DNA of 64,000 nt, taken from positions 22,316 to 86,315 of the IMG/VR virus record IMGVR_UViG_3300027770_000050, one strand, 5' to 3'. A program made the translations under genes and the position numbers. This stretch comes from a virus. Of this stretch, positions 26,201-36,756 are shown in pieces (positions within the stretch are counted from its first letter, which is position 1; each line of letters opens with the position of its first letter). Under the pieces are notes generated by a model. That model saw only the letters and a list, made by a program, of their open reading frames with translations. It did not search any database and was not told where the DNA came from.

Positions 26201-28789
26201 TTCAACATACCGTTAGCTGGTGTTGGAAGTACTGGATTAGTTTCAACACAAGCTCAATCTTTTGCTGGTAATAAAACATTTACTGGATCTGTTTATATTA
26301 CAGACACAACAGCAAGCACTTCATATACTTCTGGAGCATTAGTTGTCTCTGGTGGATTAGGTGTTAGCAATAATCTTTATGTTGACAAGAATGTTCATGT
26401 AGGGAATGGATTTACTGGAAGTCTCTATTTTGAAAGAGCTTATATGGGATCTGCTGGAGCATCGCAGATACCTTATATGGCATTTATTGGACAAACAAAT
26501 CTTCCAATAACTCTTAGAATATTACCAGACAATACGTTAAGTTACGAAGCAAATTACGGACAAATATTATCTCTATCAAATTCAAGCATTTACGACAGTT
26601 GGATTTATAGAATTAATGATATTTCAGGTATGCCACTTATTAGAGCAAGCAATGACGGTATTGTTGCTCTTGCAGAATATGGTGGATCAGTTGGTATTGG
26701 TAAAAGTAATCCAAACTATACACTTGATGTTGTTGGTAATGTAAATGTATCTGCTGGATATAATTTCTTAATTGACGGAATACCTATTTCTGCTGGTGCT
26801 GGAAGTAGTGGTATTTATTCAATTAATGGTCTAACTAATTTTGTTCAATATTTTAATATTGGAACAAATGGTAACGATTTTAATATTTCTTCTGTTGGGT
26901 ACACACACACTTTTAATATCCCAATAGCTGGTGTTGGAAAAACTGGTTTACTAAGCTCCCTACCTCAAACATTAGGTGGAATAAAAACATTTTCTGATGG
27001 TTTTATTTCATCATCTGGAGCAACAATATATGGTAGTTTAGTCTTACCTGATAATCCCTTAGCATATTCTTATGGTGGCACTGGATATACAAATTATGCT
27101 AAGGGTGATCTGTTAGTTGGTACAGGAACATCCTTACTAAAACTTCCAGTAGGTAGCAATAATCAAGTCTTAACAGTTGATGGTACTACAGCAACAGGAC
27201 TGACTTGGTCAAATGCTTCTAGTTCTGGTACTACAACAATAGGTATTCCAACTGACAGTACATACACTGATGGATTTTTCTCTACATGGACAAGTGGTAC
27301 ACCCATTTCAAACGCATTTGATGACATTAATGAACTGTTAGCGTTACTAGCACCAGCAAGACCAAATTATCTTACTGGCACATCACTTGTAGCTAGTAGT
27401 GTACCTACATACTATACAGTCAAAATATCTGCTGGTTTAGGAACTGAATGGTATCAAGCTGGTTATGGCACAGGCAGCCAAATAACTAGCAAATATTATT
27501 TATCAGGGGCTCATACTCTAAATACTGCAAGTACTACCACTACATTTTCAGCTGGTAGTTTGACAACATCAACTTATGGAACAATATTATTTAACAGATA
27601 TAATTATTTAGCTCCAACAGGTGCTGGTGTTGGAACTATTGATTTAACAACAAATTACACTGTTGGATTTACAAATAATAATCTAAAATTAACAGCTTTA
27701 GGCACTTACAACAGTATATGGACTAAGGCAAATGCACAAATTCTCACATACACACAACCTAATCCTGGATATGAGGGAGTTTACATTGCTCATTCTGAAA
27801 ATAGCCAGTTAACAAATACATATGAAATGTGGAAAGATCCTTGGTCAGCATCTAATGGAAGTCCAATATTTTCCCAAGCAGCGACAGCATCTACTTACAG
27901 TCAATCAGATAAGTGGTTATCAGGTATTTCTTACTATGCTACAGGAACAGGATTTAGTGTTTACTTCAAGGGAGCAGCTGGTATTTATAGCTGTGCATAT
28001 AATGTAACTCAAGTTTACGCTATTTCAGCAACTGGATTAAATACTTCTACAGGACTGCCAGCTAGTCCACCGTTGTTCACCGATGAATTAGATAAGTCAG
28101 GTTCTAACCATGTCAGAGTATCTTTATCTGTTGGCAGTCAATCTTCTTTTAATAAATATTTAACTGTAACAATTTATAAAGCACATGGAACTACTGCAGC
28201 TTCAAATGCAACGATAAGTAAAGCAATAAATACTTATGGCACAGTATCCACAGACACTTATGAGGGTTTCCAAGATGAGGCAAGAAGATTGGTTATAGGT
28301 TCAGGTATAGCATTTACTTCAACTATAGATATGGCTAGCGGAAATGCTCAAGTTAGGTCAGGTACTTTGCAATATCCTTTAGTAGCTGACTATGACACGC
28401 AATGGGGAGGATCACATACCTTCTCAGGTGATCAAGAGTATCAAAGATATTTCTATAAAACGTCAGCAAGTACTGGAAGTTTGACATTTACAGGATTTAC
28501 TGCTTCAAATATAGCACCTTATGGAACTGGAAGCGTAAATGCATTAATTTATTTAGATGGTGATGCTTTGTGGTTTGATTTAGGTGTTTTGCAAGGTTCA
28601 AATGCTAATGACGGTTCAATCAGATCTGCAGCAATATCTGCTAAAACTTCTGCATCTGGAGGTGCACTTGGTTGGTCAATTGGTACTAAAACTACCGGAG
28701 TTGCAGGAGCTGGAAATTCTGCAAGATATAGAGTAGTGATAATTTTCAGAAACAACACTTACAGCATGACAAGCATAACGAGTTCATAA
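23273..28789 (+). CDS. Large modular tail fibre/baseplate-proximal fibre protein
   Basis: 1838 aa; G.L[FY][FY]NT....L.VYDG..W modules, GGTGY..Y.KGDLLVG repeats, STTTGALVVSGGVGIG repeats, GDLWYN...QWVEV module. Confidence 0.8.
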   Translation: MSDFYIVPPRLIVGSLDRSNVVTSLNTLRGDLSFKVNPETGLTLNIASGIFTFSILPDFYVKKSGDTINSNIIFQPSTGNYGLAVGSGTSDPNAGIAGALFYNTNSNVLKVYDGLTWNEIASTGTTGITVSFADNRYLKLNGTNTPTGHISMGSQFLRFANLTTRAIAGTAGQVYFNTDTNRLDLYDGSSWVPVGTGITGIFAGVGASVSPNPITNTGTVSVNQSYNFNWTGTHTHNNPITFASNQQFDASKLTIAYEVAGDILTYSGTAWTRLPKGGANTLLGVHCCGGNLEYKTLVPGAGILISYQGSSIFLSSTGGTGSGGSGGSGTGFTFYDKGDLLVGLGSSLYKLPVGPNKRYYLHSNSDTVSGIAWTTTVGMAITSIAPSAIVSYYGDLWYNTADGTLNVFYNDVDTSQWVEVVSGGAFSQVYQGINYGIPFYVSSGTAITSNNNFTNVGTGVSLLYTAQSTSTTTGALVISGGVGIGGTVFIGGATQIQGTTNVSADGWQSLVGSFGILSRDFKALADGVTVGSLVNLGGFANVGNAFIGGTTTITNNTPSFSYDTGALVVYGGVGIGGTLFVSPNKASSVSGVKLFNSVVSQATWQGNIVGYIYGGTGYSTFSKGDILVGTGTSLFKLAVGTNNQVLAADSSSATGLTWTNVASNGFATIGITSLNGISLGQQYLDATYSGNTFGFTSSGSTHTLNIPIAGTSTTGLVSTGSQTFSGSKTFSSNTNITSATDASNTSSGALVVSGGAGFGKSVFIGGNLDVVGDLYIRGTMTTINTVNLTVDDKNIEIGSVDTPTDITAEGGGITLKGSTDKTIVWNSGIGWSFNNPVNLSNGNTFKIGNSTVLSSTTLGSSVVNSSLTSVGTLISGTWNASTITVPYGGTGYTNYTHSTILVGSGSSFIQLLSGSNDQVLTADSTTSSGYKWAFASGLNSNGTLTSINGIGVSQQYLTFGYLGTLPNIVSSGSTHTFNIPLAGVGSTGLVSTQAQSFAGNKTFTGSVYITDTTASTSYTSGALVVSGGLGVSNNLYVDKNVHVGNGFTGSLYFERAYMGSAGASQIPYMAFIGQTNLPITLRILPDNTLSYEANYGQILSLSNSSIYDSWIYRINDISGMPLIRASNDGIVALAEYGGSVGIGKSNPNYTLDVVGNVNVSAGYNFLIDGIPISAGAGSSGIYSINGLTNFVQYFNIGTNGNDFNISSVGYTHTFNIPIAGVGKTGLLSSLPQTLGGIKTFSDGFISSSGATIYGSLVLPDNPLAYSYGGTGYTNYAKGDLLVGTGTSLLKLPVGSNNQVLTVDGTTATGLTWSNASSSGTTTIGIPTDSTYTDGFFSTWTSGTPISNAFDDINELLALLAPARPNYLTGTSLVASSVPTYYTVKISAGLGTEWYQAGYGTGSQITSKYYLSGAHTLNTASTTTTFSAGSLTTSTYGTILFNRYNYLAPTGAGVGTIDLTTNYTVGFTNNNLKLTALGTYNSIWTKANAQILTYTQPNPGYEGVYIAHSENSQLTNTYEMWKDPWSASNGSPIFSQAATASTYSQSDKWLSGISYYATGTGFSVYFKGAAGIYSCAYNVTQVYAISATGLNTSTGLPASPPLFTDELDKSGSNHVRVSLSVGSQSSFNKYLTVTIYKAHGTTAASNATISKAINTYGTVSTDTYEGFQDEARRLVIGSGIAFTSTIDMASGNAQVRSGTLQYPLVADYDTQWGGSHTFSGDQEYQRYFYKTSASTGSLTFTGFTASNIAPYGTGSVNALIYLDGDALWFDLGVLQGSNANDGSIRSAAISAKTSASGGALGWSIGTKTTGVAGAGNSARYRVVIIFRNNTYSMTSITSS

Positions 28790-28790
28790 G

Positions 28791-31700
28791 ATGCCCTGGA
28801 CACAAACAGATACAAGTTTCAAGAAGCTAAGTAATAAAAGAATTACAACTAGCACTGGGAAAGGTCTGCCAGAAGAAAAAGGTGCATCTACGCTTGAGTT
28901 ATATCTTCCTGATATCAAAACTGGGCTTATACCTGGAACTGGATATGCTGGATATGGAGTTTCAGGAAATTTATTTTACTACGGTCCGACAGCTTCATTT
29001 GGTCAAACTTTAGCAGTAGATACTTCTGTTCCAGGAAATTTGACTTGGTTTGCAACATCGGGATGGGGAAACACCACTTCTGCAAATGATGGTAGTGCAG
29101 GATCTGAAGCTCAAAGATTAGGAGATTGGGTATCTGATAAATATGATGCATTTGGTACGGTACCGGGTGCTGGTTATGAAATTAAGGTTTTTGACAGAAA
29201 CAATAACCTAATTACAAAATCTGATAACTCGAACTGGCTTTTTGATTATCAGACCGGAATTTTAGTTTTTAATAATGATACGACAAGTATCAGCACTCTT
29301 ATTTCAACTAGTGGTCCGTTCAAAATTGTTGGATGGAGATATATTGGTCCTAAAGGTATTATCCCAACATCTTTTGGTGGCTTAGGAAATACATCATACA
29401 ATTTAGGAGACTTAGTAGTTGGCGCTGGTTCTACTGTTATTTCTTTTCCTCTGGGAAATAATGGTTATATTCTTTCCGTAAATACCTCAACATCATCTGG
29501 ATTACAATGGATACCTAATACTGGTGGTGGTAGCGGTTCAGGTATATCTCTTCTTAATAACCTAACAGCTGGTCAACAATATTTTGCTACTGGAACATCA
29601 GGTAGCGAGTTCAATATAAGTTCTTTTGGATCTACTCACACATTCAACATACCTATAGCTGGAACTGGTTCAACTGGTTTAGTAAGTTCACTACCGCAAA
29701 CAATTGGTGGACTGAAAACATTCTCAGATGGTTTGATATCTTCATCTGGAGCAACTATTTATGGTAACTTAGTTTTACCAAATAATCCATTAGCAGCTCT
29801 TTATGGTGGTACTGGATATACAAATTACGCTAAAGGTGATCTTTTAGTTGGTGCTGGTAATACTTTTGTAAAGCTTAGTGTTGGAAGTTATAACCAAGCA
29901 CTTCTTGCAGATAATAGCACAGCATCAGGATTAAAATGGGGAACAGTATCAGGTGGTGGAGGTGGTAGTGGATTATCACTTTACATTACAGATATAGCTC
30001 CGATAGTTGCTAACATTGGAGATCTTTGGTTTAATTCTGAAACTGCTATACTCTCAGTTAACTATACAGATGTAGATAGCACACAATGGGTAGAGATTGG
30101 TTTAAATCTAGCAGCAATAGAAAATATTACTAATATTGGTATAGGAATCACTAAGCTAAATAATCTTGGTAGTTCTTCTCAATATTTTGCTACTGGAACA
30201 AGTGGTTCTGGATTTAACATTACTTCTAGTGGTTCTTATCACTTCTTTAATTTACCAATAGCATCCACAGCATCAACAGGTTTAGTTTCAGGTTTAGCTC
30301 AGACATTTGGTGGTAATAAGACTTTTATTAATGGTTTTATATCATCTGCTGGAGCTACAATTTATGGAAGTTTATATCTTCCAGACAATCCATTAGCAAG
30401 TATTTATGGTGGTACAGGATATACAAATTATAATCTTGGAGACTTAATTGTTGGTGCTGGTTCATCAACAATTAAACTGGCAAAAGGTCCAGATAGATAT
30501 GTACTTCAAAGCAACCCAGCATTCTCTTCAGGATTAGGGTGGACAAATGCATCAGGAGGAGTTGGAGTATCTACTGTTCCTCCTTCTAATCCTTTTGCTG
30601 GAGATTTGTGGTGGAACTCTGGTGATGGAAGTTTGTCAGTTTATTATGATGATGTAGACGGAGATGGATACTGGGTTGAGATAGAACATGGTCCCGGAAC
30701 TGGTACTGTTGTTGGTGGTGGAGGAGGAGCTGGTCTTACTTTATTAAATGGATTGACATCGTATGACCAGTATTTTCAAGTTGGATCTTCCGGAGCTGGA
30801 TTTAATATATCTTCAGTTGGCTCTACTCACACATTCAATATTCCAATAGCTGGTAATGGAATAACTGGTTTAGTTTCTGGAATTGCGCAGACATTTTCTG
30901 GAAATAAAACATATATTGACAATGTAATCATTTTATCATCAACAGCATCAACTTCTACTAGTACTGGAGCATTGGTAGTAAGAGGTGGACTTGGAGTTAC
31001 TGGTCAACTATCATTTTCTCAAGCTTCTTTTGGATTTACTGGAATAACAACAAACCCAACCATGTCATTTATTGGAGCAACATCAAGTTCTCCAATAACA
31101 CTTACGGTTCAAACAGATAACTCACTTAACTTTGAAAGCTCACAAGGATCAGTGTTTTCTATTGATAGCAATTTATCTTCTGGTGAAATATTCTCTGTAA
31201 GTGATATATCTGGTTTGCCAATCATTAGTGCTTCTGCTGGTCAAACTGTAAATATCAATGAGTTTGGTGGCTATACACAAATTGGCAATGGTTCAATAAA
31301 TTCATCATCCACTTCTACTGGTTCTCTAGTTATTGCTGGTGGATTAGGACTCACAGGTAATGCAAATATTGGTGGAACTGTTAGAATTACTAATACTACT
31401 AATAGCACTTTATCTTCGTCTGGTGCTTTAGTTGTTTCTGGTGGTGTAGGTATTGGTGGAACCTTAAATGTTGGAGCAGATTTAAGTATTACTGGTTTAA
31501 CTACTCTTACATATACTTCAGAAAAATTAACTACAAAAACATCTGCTGGTTCTGCTGGTACTGTAACACACGATTTGTCAACAGGTTCAATATTTTATCA
31601 CAGCTCTATTTCAAATAACTTTACAGCGAATTTTACGAATGTTCCAACTACAAATGATAGAGCGATTGGTGTAACTCTAGTATTAGCACAAGGTGGTACT

Positions 31701-31868
31701 GGTTATATAGTAAATGTTCTTCAAATAGATGGAAGTACACAAACAATAAAATGGGTCAATAATACAACCCCAACTGGAACAGCAAACAAAGTTGACATAG
31801 TTGGATTCAGCTTAATTAGAACTGGATCTGCTTGGACAGTCTTAGGTCAATATTCTACATACGGATAA
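28791..31868 (+). CDS. Modular tail fibre protein
   Basis: 1025 aa; WLFDYQTGILVF N-terminal domain, shared fibre modules, two GDLW modules, C-terminal PTGTANKVDIVGFSLIRTGSAWTVLG domain. Confidence 0.8.
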   Translation: MPWTQTDTSFKKLSNKRITTSTGKGLPEEKGASTLELYLPDIKTGLIPGTGYAGYGVSGNLFYYGPTASFGQTLAVDTSVPGNLTWFATSGWGNTTSANDGSAGSEAQRLGDWVSDKYDAFGTVPGAGYEIKVFDRNNNLITKSDNSNWLFDYQTGILVFNNDTTSISTLISTSGPFKIVGWRYIGPKGIIPTSFGGLGNTSYNLGDLVVGAGSTVISFPLGNNGYILSVNTSTSSGLQWIPNTGGGSGSGISLLNNLTAGQQYFATGTSGSEFNISSFGSTHTFNIPIAGTGSTGLVSSLPQTIGGLKTFSDGLISSSGATIYGNLVLPNNPLAALYGGTGYTNYAKGDLLVGAGNTFVKLSVGSYNQALLADNSTASGLKWGTVSGGGGGSGLSLYITDIAPIVANIGDLWFNSETAILSVNYTDVDSTQWVEIGLNLAAIENITNIGIGITKLNNLGSSSQYFATGTSGSGFNITSSGSYHFFNLPIASTASTGLVSGLAQTFGGNKTFINGFISSAGATIYGSLYLPDNPLASIYGGTGYTNYNLGDLIVGAGSSTIKLAKGPDRYVLQSNPAFSSGLGWTNASGGVGVSTVPPSNPFAGDLWWNSGDGSLSVYYDDVDGDGYWVEIEHGPGTGTVVGGGGGAGLTLLNGLTSYDQYFQVGSSGAGFNISSVGSTHTFNIPIAGNGITGLVSGIAQTFSGNKTYIDNVIILSSTASTSTSTGALVVRGGLGVTGQLSFSQASFGFTGITTNPTMSFIGATSSSPITLTVQTDNSLNFESSQGSVFSIDSNLSSGEIFSVSDISGLPIISASAGQTVNINEFGGYTQIGNGSINSSSTSTGSLVIAGGLGLTGNANIGGTVRITNTTNSTLSSSGALVVSGGVGIGGTLNVGADLSITGLTTLTYTSEKLTTKTSAGSAGTVTHDLSTGSIFYHSSISNNFTANFTNVPTTNDRAIGVTLVLAQGGTGYIVNVLQIDGSTQTIKWVNNTTPTGTANKVDIVGFSLIRTGSAWTVLGQYSTYG

Positions 31869-31874
31869 AATACA

Positions 31875-32627
31875 ATGCCTTTAAGTACATTTTCTAGTCA
31901 ACATAGACCTGTAAATAGAATATTTTCAACTAGTGTAGCTGCAGTAGTTAGTTCTGGATTAATTTGTCACTTAAAAACAGCTCCTCCTACAGGATCAACT
32001 TGGACTGACAATGTAGGAAATAGTAATGCAACTTTAGCTAATAGCCCAACTTATTCTAGCAGTAACGGTGGGTACATATCCTTAAATGGCTCTAACCAAT
32101 ATGTTATGACTTCAACATCTCTAAATGCACAGATTACTGGAACATCGCCTAATAAATCTACTGCGCAATCAATTTTTATTTGGTGCTATCCTACTGAGCA
32201 AGGGATTATAGTTTCTGAAATAGGACAAGCTACTATAAATACTGGCTGGCACGATTCTAACATTGAAATTACAAGTTCAGGAGTTGTTTGTTTTAGTGTA
32301 TGGCACGGGTCACTTACTAACAAGGTTTCCAGTACTGCAAAATCTTTTAACACTTGGTATCACTTAGGTTGGACTTACTCTGGAACTACACTTACTGCAT
32401 ATATAAATGGAGTGTCAGTTGGAACAGCAACTTTGACAAGATCAGCTCCTTTTAATAATGGCAATAATTTACATTATGCTTTAGGAGCTATCGATGGCAC
32501 AAAAATGGATAGCGACGGATCCTATTGTGCTATGAATGTAGGTAGTTTCCAAGTATATAACAGAGCTTTAACAATTGATGAAGTGACAACTAACTTTAAC
32601 AGTAATAAGTCTAACTATGGGTTATAA
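31875..32627 (+). CDS. LamG/concanavalin A-like domain protein 1
   Basis: LNGSNQY, NTWYHLGWTY, YINGV, VYNRALT. Confidence 0.85.
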   Translation: MPLSTFSSQHRPVNRIFSTSVAAVVSSGLICHLKTAPPTGSTWTDNVGNSNATLANSPTYSSSNGGYISLNGSNQYVMTSTSLNAQITGTSPNKSTAQSIFIWCYPTEQGIIVSEIGQATINTGWHDSNIEITSSGVVCFSVWHGSLTNKVSSTAKSFNTWYHLGWTYSGTTLTAYINGVSVGTATLTRSAPFNNGNNLHYALGAIDGTKMDSDGSYCAMNVGSFQVYNRALTIDEVTTNFNSNKSNYGL

Positions 32628-32630
32628 ATA

Positions 32631-33314
32631 ATGGGAACTAAATATAGTCCAAGAATAGTCTCCAGTGGATTATTAGCATATTTTGATGCTGCTAATACAA
32701 GAAGTTATATCGGATCTGGAACAACTGTAAATGGTCTCATAAGTGGAATAGGATTTACATTAGTCAACGGTGTAGGTTTTGGTTCTACTAATAACGGACA
32801 TTTTATTTTTGATGGAATTGACGACAATATACCATTTTCAATACCTAGTCCTGGCACAATTTTATCAATTGAAATGTGGGTAAGAGCAAAATCATTTTCA
32901 AATAATGGAATGTTTTTTGGATTTAATATTTATGATGTTTGGACCGGAAATGGAGGATTAGGATACAACACTGGTGCTTCTGATGTTTATGGATTGACAT
33001 CAACTCAAGTGACTAATCTTGACCTTCTCAATCAATGGAAACATTATGTCTTTGAAATGAGAAGTGATGTAGCGTATACAAATAATAAAATTTATGTTAA
33101 TGGAGAAAATCAATCTTTATCACAAGTTTCAGGTTCTGAAAGTGCAGCTAATAGAAATTTCAATAGTGGTAATGGAAGAATAGGCAGTTGGCTTTCTTCT
33201 AATAATTTTTTTATGGCAATGGATCATTCTCAATTTAAAGTTTACAACAGAGCTTTAACAGCTGCAGAAATAGTACAAAATTATAATGCTACAAAAAGGA
33301 GATATGGATTGTAA
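32631..33314 (+). CDS. LamG/concanavalin A-like domain protein 2
   Basis: GLLAYFDAANTRSY, FDGIDD, QWKHYV, YVNG, VYNRALT...QNYNATKRRYGL. Confidence 0.85.
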   Translation: MGTKYSPRIVSSGLLAYFDAANTRSYIGSGTTVNGLISGIGFTLVNGVGFGSTNNGHFIFDGIDDNIPFSIPSPGTILSIEMWVRAKSFSNNGMFFGFNIYDVWTGNGGLGYNTGASDVYGLTSTQVTNLDLLNQWKHYVFEMRSDVAYTNNKIYVNGENQSLSQVSGSESAANRNFNSGNGRIGSWLSSNNFFMAMDHSQFKVYNRALTAAEIVQNYNATKRRYGL

Positions 33315-33988
33315 TGGGACTAGGACATTCTCCTACAATTATCACTGATGGATTAGTGTTTTCTTTAGATGCTGCTAATTCTAGAAGTTACAGTGGTTCT
33401 GGAACTTCTTGGTATGAAATAAGTGGAAGTGGTAGCACAGCAACATTATCAAACAGTCCTACATTTTCTTCTATTAATAACGGAGGATTTATCTTTAATG
33501 GATCAAATCAATATGCTACAGTTCCAACAGCAAGTAGATTTGATTTTTCAACAGGAAGTACCACCGTTACGGCTTGGTTTAAATTAACATCTTCAGGTTA
33601 CAATTGTATAGTATCTAAAAGAAATGGTACTGGTTTTCAGCTTTATTCTTTATCAGGAAAATTGTATGCGGATGGTGCTGGAACTGCAGGTAAATCTTCT
33701 TCTCAATCTGTTAACACTGGAAATATATTTTATGGAGCTGTAGTTTATGATAGAGCTTCATCTTTAATGCGACTTTATATAAATGGCGTAGAAGATGGAA
33801 ATGTTGCCCTAGATTCTACAACACTTACAGACGTAGCTGGTGTAAATGTTGGAAGAGCTACTCTTGGCGGCGGTTCTTCAGACTATTTCAATGGCACTAT
33901 TTATCAAGTACAAATTTACAACAGAGCTTTATCAGCTACAGAAGTCAAACAAAATTACAATGCTACGAAAAGAAGGTTCGGATTATAA
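33314..33988 (+). CDS. LamG/concanavalin A-like domain protein 3
   Basis: GLVFSLDAANSRSYSGSG, FNGSNQY, LYINGV, IYNRALS. Confidence 0.85.
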   Translation: MGLGHSPTIITDGLVFSLDAANSRSYSGSGTSWYEISGSGSTATLSNSPTFSSINNGGFIFNGSNQYATVPTASRFDFSTGSTTVTAWFKLTSSGYNCIVSKRNGTGFQLYSLSGKLYADGAGTAGKSSSQSVNTGNIFYGAVVYDRASSLMRLYINGVEDGNVALDSTTLTDVAGVNVGRATLGGGSSDYFNGTIYQVQIYNRALSATEVKQNYNATKRRFGL

Positions 33989-34674
33989 TGGGCATTGACG
34001 TAGGACCTATCGAAGTTACTGATGGATTGATATGCCAATTTGATCCAGCAAACTTTAGAAGTTATTCTGGCTCTGGATTAACCTCATATGGTTTGGTAGG
34101 GGGTATTGGAGCAACTCTTGTCAACGGGACTGGATACACTTCTGATGGCGGAGGAAGTTTTGTTTTTGATGGTACTAATGATTATGTTATCACCTCTGCA
34201 AACGTTGGACCTTTAGGAGCAAATCCACGAACAATCTGTATTTGGTTTTATATTCCAAGTGCTCAAAGTAAAAATGTTTATGGATATGGGCAAGGAACTA
34301 CAGGATCGATATTTGACATAATAACTTGGGATAACAGTGGATATAACAGAGTAATTGGACATTATTGGTCCGGTGGATATGACACTATAGGAACCTTGCC
34401 ACCAAGAAATACCTTAAATGTTCCTGGATGGAATTTTGTAGTCCATACTTATAATGGAAGTGCAGTATCATTATATACAAATACAGTTTTTTCTAATTCT
34501 ACTAATTTAAATCTTACTACTTTGGATGGACCTTTAACTTTAGGAAAAGGTACATATAATGGCTATGATCATTTTACAGGTAAAGTTTCAAACATTCAAA
34601 TCTATAACAGAGTACTGACTGATCAAGAAATGTTACAAAATTTCAACGCTACAAAAGGGAGATATGGATTATAA
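33988..34674 (+). CDS. LamG/concanavalin A-like domain protein 4
   Basis: FDPANFRSYSGSG, FDGTNDY, WNFVVHTYNG, IYNRVLT. Confidence 0.85.
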   Translation: MGIDVGPIEVTDGLICQFDPANFRSYSGSGLTSYGLVGGIGATLVNGTGYTSDGGGSFVFDGTNDYVITSANVGPLGANPRTICIWFYIPSAQSKNVYGYGQGTTGSIFDIITWDNSGYNRVIGHYWSGGYDTIGTLPPRNTLNVPGWNFVVHTYNGSAVSLYTNTVFSNSTNLNLTTLDGPLTLGKGTYNGYDHFTGKVSNIQIYNRVLTDQEMLQNFNATKGRYGL

Positions 34675-35375
34675 TGGGACTTGAGCACTCTCCTACTATT
34701 GTGACAAATGGATTAGTTTATTATCTCGACGCTGCTAATACAAGAAGTTATAGTGGTTCTGGTCTTACTGCCAATAGTTTATCTGGTAGCTTAAGTGGAA
34801 GTCTTGTCAATGGTGTTGGTTTTACATCTTTGAATAATGGCAGTTTTCTTTTTGATGGAACTAATGATGTTATAGATCTTGGTGATAATTTTGACATGGG
34901 ATTATCAAGCTTTTCTTTTTGCGCTTATTTTAAAGCTAATAATATTTCAAATCTTCAAGGGATATTTTCAAAATCAATTGCTGCTGCTGCTGGATCAAGA
35001 TATGCAGTTTTTGTATACAATAATAAAATAAATACTTTTATGAGTAATGGTGGTGCAACAGATGTTGAAACACCCTCAAGTCAGACATTATCTATAAATA
35101 CTTGGTATCACATCGGAGCTGTTTACAATAGAGCTGATAAATTAATTCTGTTCATAAATGGAATTTTTGATTCATCAGCGACAATATCTCAGTTTCAAGC
35201 AAATGATTTTCAAGCAACACATATATTTAGAATTGGATCTTACAGTGATGCAGGCAACAGTGCAAATTATTTCTTAAATGGATCTATATCTCAACTTCAA
35301 ATTTACAACAGAGTTTTATCAGCTCAGGAAATACTTCAAAATTACAATGCTACTAAAGGGAGATATGGACTGTAA
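34674..35375 (+). CDS. LamG/concanavalin A-like domain protein 5
   Basis: LDAANTRSYSGSG, FDGTND, NTWYHI, FING, IYNRVLS. Confidence 0.85.
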   Translation: MGLEHSPTIVTNGLVYYLDAANTRSYSGSGLTANSLSGSLSGSLVNGVGFTSLNNGSFLFDGTNDVIDLGDNFDMGLSSFSFCAYFKANNISNLQGIFSKSIAAAAGSRYAVFVYNNKINTFMSNGGATDVETPSSQTLSINTWYHIGAVYNRADKLILFINGIFDSSATISQFQANDFQATHIFRIGSYSDAGNSANYFLNGSISQLQIYNRVLSAQEILQNYNATKGRYGL

Positions 35376-36073
35376 TGGGCATTGAATATAATCCAGTTGT
35401 CCCTACAGATGGACTTGTTTATTGGTATGACACTGCTAATCCAAGATCTTTCCCTGGATCTGGAAACACGATGTATAGTTTACTAAATGGGTCGATTATG
35501 ACCTTAAATAATGGATATACAACTTTCGGTACTGGTGCTGGTTTAGCTGTTTCTTTTACAGGAACAGATGCTTACACTATGACGCAAACCAATCTATATA
35601 GTCAATTTCCAACAGCTCAAACATCAATGTTTATTTGGGCATATTCAGTTGGATCTGGAAATATAATAACTGAATTGGGACAAACAATTCCAAATGCTGG
35701 TTGGATAGATAGCAACATAGAGATAAATGCTTCTGGAAATGTGTCAATGTCTGTTTGGCACGGAAGTTTAGCAAACAGAGTAATAAGTAGTGCTTTGAGT
35801 TTTAATACTTGGTATCACATTGGTTGGACTTATAATGGGACAAGTTTCATTGGATATATAAATGGAGCTTCAATAGGAACAACAACATTAGGTAGAAGCA
35901 GAAATGGAAGTGCAATTCATTATACTATTGGAGCAACTGCATCTAATCAAAATATGGGCACAGGTACTTATTGGAAAGGTATGTTTAGTAACTTCTCTGT
36001 TTACAATAGATCTTTGTCAAGCTTAGAAGTTTTACAATTTTACAATGCCACTAAAAGTAGGTATGGATTATAA
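35375..36073 (+). CDS. LamG/concanavalin A-like domain protein 6
   Basis: GLVYWYDTANPRSFPGSG, NTWYHIGWTYNG, YING, VYNRSLS. Confidence 0.85.
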   Translation: MGIEYNPVVPTDGLVYWYDTANPRSFPGSGNTMYSLLNGSIMTLNNGYTTFGTGAGLAVSFTGTDAYTMTQTNLYSQFPTAQTSMFIWAYSVGSGNIITELGQTIPNAGWIDSNIEINASGNVSMSVWHGSLANRVISSALSFNTWYHIGWTYNGTSFIGYINGASIGTTTLGRSRNGSAIHYTIGATASNQNMGTGTYWKGMFSNFSVYNRSLSSLEVLQFYNATKSRYGL

Positions 36074-36756
36074 TGGGCATTGCATATAACACATCTATAG
36101 TTTCCGATGGTCTTGTTTATGCCATTGATGCTGCTAATTCAAGATCTTATGCAGGGAGTGGATTGACACTTTATGATTTGTATTCAGGAACAGCTACAAC
36201 ACTTATCAATGGAGTTGGAATTACAAGTTTTAATTCAGGTGCATTTGTTTTTGATGGTTCTAACGATTACATAAACCCAAATTTCCCAGTAAGTAATAAT
36301 TCTGATTTTACAGTTGGATTTTGGATGAATTATCAAGATGTTACTAATGTTGATAGAGGGCTAGTAGCAACATGGGATACAAGCTGGAACGGATTTGGCA
36401 TAGGAACATATCAAGCACAAATTAGATCTTGGGTAAATGATGGAGCTGGAGGTGGATTGAACTGGGCTGGAATTACTACAAATGTATGGAAATATTACAC
36501 TCTTGCGTTTAGCAATTCAGCAAAGACTCAATTCGTATATATTGATGGAAATTTCTTAGCCAGTGAAGGTAGAAATGCAACAGTTACTCATTCTAGTTTA
36601 CAAATAGCTAGAGGGGGACAATCAGGCTCGACACAGTTGACTTATTATCCATATCTAAAATGTCAAATATCTCAACTTTCAATTTATAACAAAAGACTTT
36701 CAAATGCAGAAATCAAGCAAAATTATAACGCTACAAAGAAGAGGTATGGATTATAA
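36073..36756 (+). CDS. LamG/concanavalin A-like domain protein 7
   Basis: IDAANSRSYAGSG, FDGSNDY, YIDG, IYNKRLS. Confidence 0.85.
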   Translation: MGIAYNTSIVSDGLVYAIDAANSRSYAGSGLTLYDLYSGTATTLINGVGITSFNSGAFVFDGSNDYINPNFPVSNNSDFTVGFWMNYQDVTNVDRGLVATWDTSWNGFGIGTYQAQIRSWVNDGAGGGLNWAGITTNVWKYYTLAFSNSAKTQFVYIDGNFLASEGRNATVTHSSLQIARGGQSGSTQLTYYPYLKCQISQLSIYNKRLSNAEIKQNYNATKKRYGL